DNA from: Bigelowiella natans CCMP2755
Lineage: Eukaryota > Protista > Cercozoa
NCBI GenBank assembly: GCA_000320545.1
Contig: ADNK01003061.1
Location: 58,951 to 122,950 of the forward strand
Reading direction: 5' to 3'
Length of the DNA: 64,000 nucleotides
A program made the translations under genes and the position numbers. This document shows positions 39,901-54,080 of the stretch, piece by piece (the first letter of the stretch is position 1; every line of letters starts with the position of its first letter). A model generated the notes under the pieces. It was not told the origin of the DNA, made no database searches, and saw only the letters and a program-made list of their open reading frames with translations.

Positions 39901-42368
39901 AGGTATTACCCCCGCAAACTGAGTTTAATGTCCCACTCAGAAGTATCATTACTGGTACGTTTAAAAACCAACTTAAAATTGGTTTACCTTTTATTTGATG
40001 AAGTATTTTCTCAGGTCACACTAAAGAGACTGGAAAGGTATTTTATGGTTTTGTGTCTCTGTTAATCACAAATTCAACGGGAATTATACATTTGTTCTTA
40101 CTTAATTTGTAAATACGTGTGTGTGTGTGTGTGTGGGTGGGTGGGTGTGTGTGTGTGTTGATGGTGTATTTGTGCAAGAAAAATAAGACAGTCCTACGTT
40201 TAATGCTAAGCGGTGGTGATGAAGTAATGCATTCATTCCTGTGTGCGTATGTCACACTCAAGACATCTGACAAGACTGACCTAATGAAGGTTATCCAAGT
40301 AGTGATTTTACTTCCCAGAAGGGCATAATGATATTTGTAAATATATTCTACAGAAAGTGGACATCAAAATTTATGTTACTCCAGTAAAAGCAGAAAATTC
40401 TATCGCTTGTTTCATAGCTCGCCATGACAGTTGGTAATTGTGTAGAAGTTCTATTTTACCTCACCGTGGTAACGGATTTGTCGTACTGTATATGTTGTAC
40501 GTAGGTACTATCGGAATGTATACACACCATTGTCAAATGATCTATTCCTTTTGCCTTGGGTCCGACTTCATGGAAATGTAAATCAATATTTTATAGACAT
40601 TTTTCAGCACCTCCGATATAAAGCATTACATTAAAAGGCCGGTTCAGGGATGAGAGGTATGGAATCCCAACTCCATGGCACGCGAATGAAAGAATACTAC
40701 CTGGGGTAATGGATTTGCCCTAACTGAAGTACAAAGCTCTACACAGAAGTACAATCTACACTTTTAATTTAGTTTGCTGGAGAACTATATCCGCCATGCA
40801 AACTGCACTCTAAAAATAAATGTGTGGAATGCAAAACTCTATGTGTCCAAACCAGACTGGGACCATAAGGTGCACAACTGCTTATTTTTATGTACACCAG
40901 GAATAATAACCCTTTCTTTCCCTAAATAGGCCGATAGCAAGGAAGCTTTGAAAAGGATAACTATTGTTGGGGAGGTAGATGACAACCCTTTATATCTTAT
41001 ATTGCTTTAATACCCCCATAATTTGGTTCCAGACTTCCAGTGCCATCAATGCGGAGCCAACACATGTACACCATCGACTAGAGCTGTGAAGTTTGGCATG
41101 TTGAGGATATTCTACTAACGCTGTATTTCTCTAATTGGCATGATCAATGATTAGGTCATACCATTTTTTCACAGACTTGAAATAGGTAGATAAATTTTGG
41201 TACCACATTTTTTACGTATGTGATTTAGAGTTCTCCATAACAAATCACCAGGTTATGCAGCAGAACTTGCAAAATACATGGCATCGGAAGGAGTCTCCTA
41301 CAAGCCCAATTGTAAGTTGTAAGATCTTTCAATCATTCTAACCAGCATACTAAAAGATTTATTCATAGGTGATCCTGACAGCCGAGGAGCTCTTGAAATG
41401 AAGAAGCTCGAGGAAAAGTTCATTCGAGAGAAGAAATTTCAGCCTGTGGAGGTGCAGGTATTAGATGACTCCTCCAGTTATCATGTTCTTTGGCTTAGTA
41501 CTTTATTTATGACCAGATTCGAATTGCAAGGGTCGGCCTTGGAGGCAAGGTATATATAATATTGTAAAAACACAATCTCCAAATTAGAATAATACTTGTT
41601 TTAATTTCCGAGGTTATCGATGTTATTCACGAACAAAAGTATATCGGTAAGCAAATGTTTTGGAGGTCAATTATTGTTTCTAAAATATAGTAACACACAA
41701 AAAGCCTTTCATACATTGGTTCTGTCAAATGTTCCTTCCACGGCTGACAACAAAAGTTTTCCTCCGAATCCAGAGGTACAAGTTGACACTATGTATACTG
41801 TATGAAACCTCAACCACGTATCTAAAATTTAAAACATTTGTGCAGGATCCATGGTTAGAAATGTACGCAAGGACAGCATCATCATCATCTGCAAAGAAGG
41901 TGTTCGAGTTTCAACGTTGATATTAATTAAAGTAATTGTCCTCTTACAGTGATGTATTCTTATTATTTCAGTCCCTTCTTGATAAAGAACCTCATCAACA
42001 CGTGTGTCGTCTTGAATTGAGAGTGAAAGTAAGCTTTTACGTTTTTTTCCCTATGATCCTATAATTACATCTTATATAAATTTTTGGTTCAAACCAGAAC
42101 GATGATCAATTTTCGGTTCTCGTCGATGGCGTATTGTTCCCCAAAAAATCAGAATCTACCAAATCAAAGACTTCCGGACTTGGGTGATACTTTTATACTC
42201 CTTTGGATTAAGAAAATTACCAATTTAAGAATACCGCAGTTAAGAATTTATTTACATTACTTGATATCAACTAGGTATCGAACTATCGTAGTTGAGAGAC
42301 TGGTAGAGGACGACACAGGAGTCCCATTTATATTTCCAGTACAAACATTTTATCCAATAACTATTTAA
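36928..42368 (+). CDS. PI3K class IB regulatory subunit (p101/PIK3R5, p84/PIK3R6)-like protein, ~40 short exons
   Basis: Spliced translation matches recalled p101 blocks in order: QQFYFWPTPMGNYVEDLLVRMEKEVMFP..E (cf. FLTWPVPY..LL..IDAELKAPG); VLRLMLSGGDEVMHSFLCAY..IKIYVTPVK..NSIACFIARHDSWYYRNVY (cf. LRVVVFGSDR..FFYVPVK..NDISHYLGMLDPWYERNV); LLENYIRHANCTLKINVWNAKL..IPFFHRLEIGYAA (cf. LLYYCRFAARPVLLQVY..FIHSLELGHSA); C-terminal FPVQTFYPITI* (cf. LPIMTFSG). The start is uncertain. Confidence 0.75.
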
Positions 42369-42479
42369 GAGTAATGTTGATTTGAGAAACAAGAAGAGCA
42401 TAAGAGCATACATGAGGTATCAAAATTGCACAGTATCAAATGAGCCCGTCGATATTTCAATTTTCCGTGCATTAGATTG

Positions 42480-45400
42480 AATACATAGCTGCTCAAGTGC
42501 CTTCATTTTGAAGGGCTGCATGCGTACGAGCTGCATGCTAGCATGCGCTGTAAGCTAGTGAGGTTCGATCTTCAGCACACATGTCAGTCGAGACATGTTA
42601 CTAGCATGCTTGCATGCACATTCAACACCCTCGCCGATCAAAATTCAGATCAATCCGCAGACTCTCTAGCTGTCTGAAATCTTCATTGTTTTGGCGATGT
42701 GACACTGATTGTGAAAGCGTCAACGCGCCATCTAGCCTTTTTGACCATTTCTAGATTTCTCAACACCACTAGCTAGCCAGAACAGCCACTCCACTAGTCT
42801 AGCACTGCAGACTCTAGGACTGGATTCTCTAGCTCTCTAGCTCTCTAGCTCTAGCTACCTAGCTGCATCGCATGAGGGAGAATAGCTTCAAAACGTTGAA
42901 GACTGTGGCTAGCAAGAGAGATGAACTCAACGTGTTTGCAATTGCTCCCTTGCGCCAAATCCGGTGTGCCGCTTTCGCTGACTCCCGCAACATCGCGCTC
43001 GCGCACGCACGCGCGTGAACAGGAAACAATCAACGGGAAAACATCCTTTTGATGAACACCATTGAACATCAAAAACACACGGTGTCAATCTAGCAATCCC
43101 AATGACAACCCAAATGCAGGCTCACGCTGGCATGTCTCACGTCACCGACGCCGTCGCCGGTGAATCAACCTGAAGCCTTTCCCCTTCACATCTGTGTCAA
43201 ACGTGCAACGAATGGCATGAATTTTCAATTGAGAGTCATTGAGCACACGTTTGGGCGTTCATGTGCGCCCAGGTGCATGCTAGCATGCTTTTTGCGTGCG
43301 TGTGCTGAAACTTCGCACGTCCATGAAGCCAGTGTGCACACATCCTCATGAGCTTGCAAACAAAAACTTGTGGCACGCAAATGCAAATGCGCCAGCGTGT
43401 TCAAAAGTGGCAAGAATTTTTCAATTTTCGCCCGCTGGCAGGCGTTGAAAAGTGAGGTTTTCAAGCTGAAATTCGAAAAAAAAATCAAATTTGAACCTCA
43501 AACAGGCTCCAGTGTGCTTCCAATGTCCAATTGCAACGATTGAGCGCGCCAGGCCGCACGCGCAAAGCACAGTTTGTTCAAAACCCACTCGTCACCGGGA
43601 TTGACACAGTTGTGTGAGACGGATGTGATGAAATGTTCAAATTTTTTCAATGGTCATCCCAATGTAGCTATGCAATGCAGCGGCTGCAGCGCTCAAGTTG
43701 CATCTGTTGGTTTCCTTGGTCACATGATGCATGCAGTTGTGTTCTCTGGCTTCTGGCCTTGTCAACTCAACAATTCCGAATGCCAGAACCACGCTGGCAC
43801 GCTGGCACGTCTGCAACACCAACCCATCAGGTGACACCCCAAGACCCCGCTTTGACCCTTCCAGCCTTCCTGCCTAGCACCGACACCTCCCTGGTGTCGT
43901 TGCTCCTGCCCATGGTTCCGTTTTTGCTCCTGCCTCCACCGACAAGATGTTTGTTCAATTTGTTTGCTCAGTTCACTGACTTCACAGCCCTCTGCTAGTC
44001 GTGCCCAAGGTGCATCGTCCTCCTTCTTCACGTTTGATGCCAGTCTCTCGGCTGCCATCAACACTGTCACCTCTTTGTTTGTTTGTTTGTTCTGGTGTTT
44101 CCCAGTGTCACCATCATTGTCATCATCATTGTTACCATCATCATCGTCAACCAAATGTCTCTCCTGATGCAGGCTTCTGCCCCCAAGGCACGCTGGCACG
44201 TTCCACAACTGTTTCTCCTTGTGCAGCAGGCTTCTGCCCCAAAGGGATGTCCCATGCTAGCAGCATGGCTCGTGCGGCAGCTGGCCACCAAGGCAGCTAG
44301 CCATTGCAACAACAATCAATCCAGCAATCCCATCATTTCGACAGCTGGTCATTGAGGCAGCTCGCCATTGACCCTGGCAGCTTGCCATTGAGGCCGCTAC
44401 AAGTCGCTGGCCATCCGCATGCGCGTTGTTTGGCGCCACGTTGTTTGGCGCCATGTGCAACCACAGACAGTGTTGCACAAAGCAAACACCGAAGTGTTCA
44501 TGCAAATGCCAGAATGCCCATCTGCTGGTCTGGTCCAGCTGGCCAGCTAGCCAGAGAAAGCCGCAGCTAGCTAGCTAGCTAGGCAGGGACGGCTAGACGG
44601 TGCAATCACTGAGCATGCATTTGTCTGCACCAGTGCATGCTGACACGTGCATTGCTTGCTAGCATGCCAGCTAGCCAAGTTGATCTCACAATGCGCGACA
44701 GAACGTGCAGCACTGAAGCACTTGAGCAGTCTGGCAGTCAAGTTAGCAGTCTAGCTCCAGAGCTAGCCATTTTTGTCCAGAATCCAGAAAGTGTTCATTG
44801 GACACAAAACCGCATGCGATTGACGAACAGTCACTGGAGTCACCGCTAGACCGCATTTTTGATCATCATTCTCGAGCAATGCCAGAATGCTGGAAGGCCC
44901 TGGCAGCTAGTCAGTGCAGCAGCAGTGTGTCCAACAGTTAGTTCAGGAGTCAAGCAGTCTGGAAATGTAGCAGTCTAGCAGCCTAGCAGTGCTAGCTGCT
45001 AGCCAGTGCTGCCTGCCTGCCACAAATGACATCATTGATGCATTTCATTCTAGTTGACGCATCGACTGGTCTGGGCATGTTTCACGGCTACAAACTGTTA
45101 GTTCTGGAGTTGGCAAGGCTAGAAGTGAACTCAACATCGCAGAATCATGCCCTGGTCACAATCATCAACGGTCGAACTAGAGCCATGCGATGCTAGCATG
45201 CAAAAAGGATGTGGAACGCTGACTGCTAGACAGCTTGGGAAAACATGTTCATCATTGCTAGATGGCTAGATTGAAGGGGTCGGTCGAGATGCTTGATCAA
45301 CGAAAGAATTTTGCGGATGTTCTAATTTCACCATGATCATTGCAAAGCCGTGCAAACATGAATCTCTCATTTTGTGAATACTAGAGCAGCAACGTCGCAT

Positions 45401-45560
45401 GTCACATCTTGACATTTTCGCGAGCCATTCCCTAATGCCAAGTTCCATTCATTCGCTCACACATCCGCACAAATCACATCTACCGTTTCTACATTCCACA
45501 TTTGCACTGTTAGATCGCCGCGCCTGCACAGGCGCATCTAGATGTACTAGTATACTACTT
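42480..45560. mobile_element. ~3-kb TpA-depleted island, probably degenerate repeat/TE relic(s) of unidentified family
   Basis: TpA is almost absent from ~42920-44500. CTAG clusters occur at ~42730-42860 and ~44540-45270. There is an internal duplication gcaggcttctgcccc at ~44169 and ~44226, and many Tyr-free, Cys/His-rich ORFs. No TE domain recognised. Confidence 0.55.
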
Positions 45561-45642
45561 TATAACCTTGTCGTAATTTCAATGTTGACGGTTCTTTGGA
45601 ATACAAATGACCAGATGTGCTCATTGTCCCATTGGATACGTT

Positions 45643-48938
<3,296 letters not shown>

Positions 48939-49198
48939 GATGTCTGTACTTCCGTAGTAAGATTGAATTAGATTAAATTTGCATGGATGTTTCCTGGTTG
49001 TTTCATCACAATGTTTAATCCAAACAGGAGAACACGTAGAAGACAAACTTCTAACAGAACGATGATTCAACATGCTCGTAGTGGTAGAATCTTGGTTTCA
49101 AACTGTCACAGTTCACTTCGAAAATGTCTTTGGAAATGCAGTTTTTCATCATTGTTCTCACAAGCAAAGCTAGTTCAGCTTTGGTTCCAATCAATTCA

Positions 49199-50800
49199 AT
49201 TTGGAGTCCCTTGGATGCCTCATTTGTCCGCTTTGACCGGTGGGTTGGGATTCCATCTTCCATGCCCACTGGCGACATGCCAAAAAAGGAACACATGTTC
49301 TCCTTGCCACGTGGACTGCCTCAAGGGGCAGTGGAATCGCCTTTGTGTTTCAGTGTGTTTGTGGAAGGTTTGGTCCCAGAGTCACGTCGGCGGGATCTGG
49401 GGGTGCCCACTTCACTCGGGAGAGTTGCCATTCTGTTGTTTGCTGATGACACGGTGCCACTCGCCTCTTCGGCGGCTGAGACCCGCATTCTTTTGCAGGT
49501 GGTGGATGCTCACCTCAGAAAATGGCGTTTGAAACCAAATCCTTCTCCAAAAACGATGTGGATGTGCGTCGGTGCACAACCACCTCACCGCAGTCGAACG
49601 TCATCGCTGAGGTTCCACTGCAATGGTCACTGGCCAGAAAGGACCGACTCCTGCACGTGCTTGGGAGTCATCTTCAATTCTTCTCTGGATTGGAAAGAAC
49701 AGGCTGCTTCCAATGCCCGCAAAGCCCGTCGAGCCCTCTTCACGATGAAAAGAATGTGCTCAACTGCCGGAGAAAAACTCTCTCCCAGAGCTTTCATCAC
49801 CGTTTGCAAGGCCACGGTGCGGCCGCTCGTGGAGCATGCGGCAGCTGTGTGGGGTCCTTCATTGCCGGCCCATTCGCTCCGCCCACTTGAAGGGGTTCAA
49901 AACGAAGCCATGCGCTGGGCATTGCGTGCGCCTGTGCGCATTCCAGCTGTGGCCATTCGACTGGAATTGGGTCTTCCATCAATGGCCTCAAGGCTCCAAA
50001 CTCTGACAATGCGGTTCTTCCTGAAGAGTGCATCTTTCACAGAGCGTCTTTGCAGTTCCTTGTGGGGTTCTTGCTTCCAACTTGACTTGCTTCCTGCTCG
50101 CTCCACCAAGCGTCTGATCCTTTCGGTTCTCCAAAGTGCCCCTCCCAGCCTCCTGGCTTCCAATTCCATGACGGAATGGGCTGCGGCATGGAACTCTCAA
50201 GCCTCTTCAATTGCCTCTCGCGATGCTCGTTTGGTGCGTGCCCAGGTGAGCAGAACGCAACCTCTTCGGTGTCTTTTGGAAGTTCGCTCGTGGGAGCCGA
50301 TTTCCAAGTCGCAACCTTGGAGCCATGGGGAAGTGGGCAAACAGGCCCATCTTCATTGCTCCAAGCACCTCGATGAATGGCACGATGCCCGTGGTGTGTC
50401 CCTCAAATTCCAAGCTCGTTGTGGAGCCTTGTGGTGGCGTCACAACACTGCCAGACTCTTCGCACTGGAGCAGCATGAGGGCTGGTGCTCCTTGTGCGAA
50501 TTTCACGAAGACGTGTCCCTGAAACACCTTTTGTTCTCCTGTCAAGGAACGTGCGACATCAGAGACCGTTTTTGGACCAGGATTCGTCACCTGGTGTCTC
50601 GTCATCAACCTGATGCCAATGATGGTGTTGTCACGTTGCGTGCTTTCTCAGCCATGTCTTCTCATGACAAGTTCTGCCTTGCTTTGGGGGCCACGTCTGG
50701 TGTCCCTTCGACTGACAAAGAAATCGACAGGGCTTTCCGTCGAACCATTGCTGGCATTGTCCTGCTTGACAATCTTGCTGCTGTTCGGCATCCAAGATGC
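49199..50800 (+). mobile_element. 5'-truncated non-LTR (LINE) retrotransposon remnant: C-terminal RT, thumb and CCHC-type region; TpA-free
   Basis: ORF 49124..50896 contains GLPQGAVESPLCF, LLFADD, KWRLKPNPSPKT, DSCTCLGVIF, VCKATVRPLVEHAAAVWGP, LEGVQNEAMR, ELGLPSMASR and CSLC..SLKHLLFSC. There is no tyrosine in 590 aa. Confidence 0.93.
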
Positions 50801-50827
50801 CAGCTTTGGTTCCAATCAATTCACGTT

Positions 50828-51430
50828 GCAACGGCACCACACAATCGGCATCCATGCCAATTTCATCCCTTGTTCCGTCTCCGCCATTTCAGGTGAGTGC
50901 TGGAGTGGCCATGGTGTTTTCATCCCTTCACGCAGCCTTGGAGTGTGCCTCTGATGGGTTGCAGCTGATTTTTTGTGTCTCTTCACCAACAGGGTGCTGA
51001 CAAGTCCTTGCAACGAGTGTTGTTGCGAGGCTCTGCTGCGTGCAAGTGCCTGTCTCCCACGTGGTTCTGGCGCGTGTGGTTGTTTTTGATCAACGCTTTG
51101 TTCATCGTTCGTGCGTTCATTGTTCACATCGCAACGGCACCATTGATCGGCATCCATGCCAGTTTCATCCCTTGTTCCGTCTCCGCCATTTCAGGTGAGT
51201 GCTGGAGTGGCCATGGTGTTTTCATCCCTTCACGCAGCCTTGGAGTGTGCCTCTGATGGGTTGCAGCTGATTTTTTGTGTCTCTTCACCAACAGGGTGCT
51301 GACAAGTCCTTGCAACGAGTGTTGTTGCGAGGCTCTGCTGCGTGCAAGTCCAGAAGTGCCTGTCTCCCACGTGGTTCTGGCGCATGTGGTTTTTGATCAA
51401 CGCTTTGTTCGTTGTTCGTTGTTCATTGTT
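50828..51430 (+). repeat. ~300-bp tandem duplication (2 copies) followed by related shorter repeats to ~52030
   Basis: gcaacggcacca..atcggcatccatgcca..tgtctcccacgtggttctggcgc recurs at ~50828 and ~51131. The motif cactgaagc..gcactgcact..ggaagtgtg..ttttt recurs at ~51448, 51784 and 51972. Confidence 0.85.
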
Positions 51431-52179
51431 CGAGTTTTTGACCTCCTCACTGAAGCCAGTTCGAGGCACTGCACTTCGCACACTGCAAAAGTGTCACGTC
51501 ACACTTTGGAGGTGTGGTTTTTTATCGTTGTTCATTGTTCATTGTGGTTCTGGCGCGTGTGATTTTGATCAATGCTTCAATCACAAGTGCAGTTCATCAC
51601 CATTGTTCGTTGTCTTGCACCTCCTTTTCTTGGTGCCCCCTCGGATGATCCGAACGTTGATCTTCGTGTGGACACAGCTGTCAGGAAGTTCTTGCTCAGG
51701 GTGGATGCATTGCGTCGCCGCCACATTGCTGCTGTTCAGTTCGTGCCAATTTGCATGAATCCCGCTAGCTTGCTGGTCAGTCCTCACTGAAGCCAGTTCT
51801 GGGCACTGCACTCCGCACATTGCAAGTGTCTTGTCACACTTTGGAAGTGTGTTTTTTTCGTGATTGTTCTCATTGTTCTCATTGCTGCCACTTGCTAGCT
51901 TGTGCTGTTTGTTTCTCAGTGCTCAGATCGTGCCAACTTGCACGAACCCTGCCAGTTTGCAAGTTGGTCCTCACTGAAGCTGGTTCGAGGCACTGCACTT
52001 GGAAGTGTGGTTTTTCATCATTGTTCACCTTTTTGGAATTTTGATCCATGCACGCACACGCCTGTCTGGCTAGCTAGCTGTCTCCCGTGCGCTGGTGCAG
52101 TTCTGCTGGTCTTGCGCGTGCAGTTTTGCATCAATGCTTCACTCATTGTTCGTTGTTCGTTGTTCAAGAATTGTCGATG

Positions 52180-52750
52180 CTCGCTTGGCACGTGCTCGCG
52201 AGGTGAGCAGAACCAGCAGAACGTGATCTCTTCAGCATCCATTAGAGGTGGGAGCCGATTGCCAAAGCACACGCGCGGCGGAGCTCTGGAGAAGTTGGTG
52301 AACAAGCCCATCTTCACTGCTCCCATCACTTTGATGAACAACACGATGAACGTGGCGTCTCCCTCAAACTTCAAGCTCGTCGTGGTTTTCATTGTGGTGG
52401 CGTCACGCAACTCTGGAACTGCCAGACTCTTCGCTCCTGAGTCACACGAAGGCTGGTGCTCCTTGTTTGCCATTGTGCCCAAAAAGTGTGATTTTGCAAC
52501 ACTCATTGTTCTCCTCTGGTCCTGTCAAGGAACACCTGGCAATTGGAGACCATTTTTGGAACCGGGTTCTCTCACCTTGCACCTCGTCACCACTGGACCA
52601 AGTCGCACTCAACCAGTCAAGGACAACGTCATTGCTGTGGGTCGAACGGAAAACCATGCCTTGCCCTGCCAGCCTGGGCTAGTGGGCCAGTGGGGGCCAG
52701 GCCCAACGCGTGTGCCTTCGACCGACAGAGAAGTCGATGGGGCTTTTCAT
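52180..52750 (+). mobile_element. Second, more diverged fragment of the same LINE 3' region
   Basis: Shares aggtgagcagaac, gtgggagccgatt, gcccatcttca, tgccagactcttcgc, ggctggtgctccttgt, tcctgtcaaggaac and gaaRtcga..ggcttt with 50240-50740, with frameshifts. Confidence 0.8.
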
Positions 52751-54080
52751 CACCTAGATCACGTTGTTGTCCAGCGCTCGATGTTCGTTTGTGTCTGCTC
52801 CAGCGCGCTGCATGCTGGCTTGCTGGCATGGCATGATTGGTGCAGACGACAACACAGTGAAACGAACAGCAGTGGCAATGCTGGCCACAAGAGCGGTCAG
52901 ACGCGAACGCAAAACGACGACGCCTGGAAAACACTCCGTGCGTGATTGTCGTCATCGTGCACTGTGCACCTCTGGACCTCGACATCATCATTGCCTGGTT
53001 GCAGACACGCGAGCTGACGCGTTCTGGCGTTGCAAACGCCTTCAAAAGTGATGCGTACAACACCAAAACTGGGGCGGAACACAAGAACACCAGAACTGAG
53101 AGTGGCGAATTGGGGATGCTAGGCGGACAGTGCAGATCCAGAGTTGCGCACAGTCTGCACCACACTCACACTTCGCAGTCGCATTTCCGTTCAAGTGCAC
53201 AAACATCAGCGTGATTGCACGTGCGGTGCAACACTTGGTCGGCGCCGACACACTTGTGGTCCCTGATCATGAACAATGGACACAGCTAGACAGTGCATGT
53301 TGCACAGTCTGACACTGCGTGTGCAGCACAGTCTCTTGTGCTCTAGCTAGCTCTGGCACAGCTAGAAAAGTGCAGGCGTCCCTGACACGTTGCATGACGT
53401 GCAGCCCCCTCCAGCACTGCGCGCCTGCACCAGTGCAGTCCGCTGGCATTGAGCACGTGCAGAGCCGCACACTCCATGTGTGCATGACGACCACGCTAGC
53501 ACGATTTTTAACACAATGACTCACTTCATTGAATTGTTTGTACTAATAACACAAACAAGAATTTTTGCGGAAGCAGAACACGAATGGAAGCCTTGCTACT
53601 GCTACAAAAGAATCATAGCCTCCGTAAAAGTTACATCTGAGATCAATTTTCGAGGTAAAATTTTATGCGCGCTAGCGCAACTTCCAAACCTTCTTTCTCT
53701 TTTGAGCATTTCATTTTGCCATCTCTATTAGATTTCGAGTCTCCATAATCATTTGTCTTTGTCTGCTGTGCCATCAAAAGCATTCTCTTTAATGATAGTA
53801 CAGCCGCTTTCGTGTTACTCCCCTCAACTCCAGGTGTTGTATGTACAGTAGATTGTTCGTCGTCTGAAATCACCGATGAATCACATTAAGCTCCAGTGTA
53901 ATTGTAGTACAAATATAACTCCGTAAATCTTACAAAACCAAATCTAATAGTTGCTTGATTTTAATTCGTAGCCATGAAAACCAATACTCCTATTCACCAC
54001 CATCATCATCATTACCATCATCATTACCATCATCATTAACATCATAATCAACAACAACATCGACAATAACACAATTTTCG

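Noticed and set aside
49124-50896. Intact, active RT gene, or an alternative genetic code/codon bias explaining the lack of Tyr
   Set aside because: The element is 5'-truncated (no endonuclease or early RT motifs). TpA is missing in all codon positions and in the non-coding flanks, and host genes use TAY/TAA/TAG normally.
50828-52030. Repeat-spacer-like pattern suggesting a CRISPR array
   Set aside because: Units are long, irregular and degenerate, with no constant short repeat plus unique spacers; the context is eukaryotic with no cas genes.
49173-53520. CpG methylation decay or fungal RIP as the cause of the TG/CA excess
   Set aside because: CpG remains plentiful here, C->T processes would create rather than remove TpA, and Tyr->Cys/His changes need A->G or T->C.
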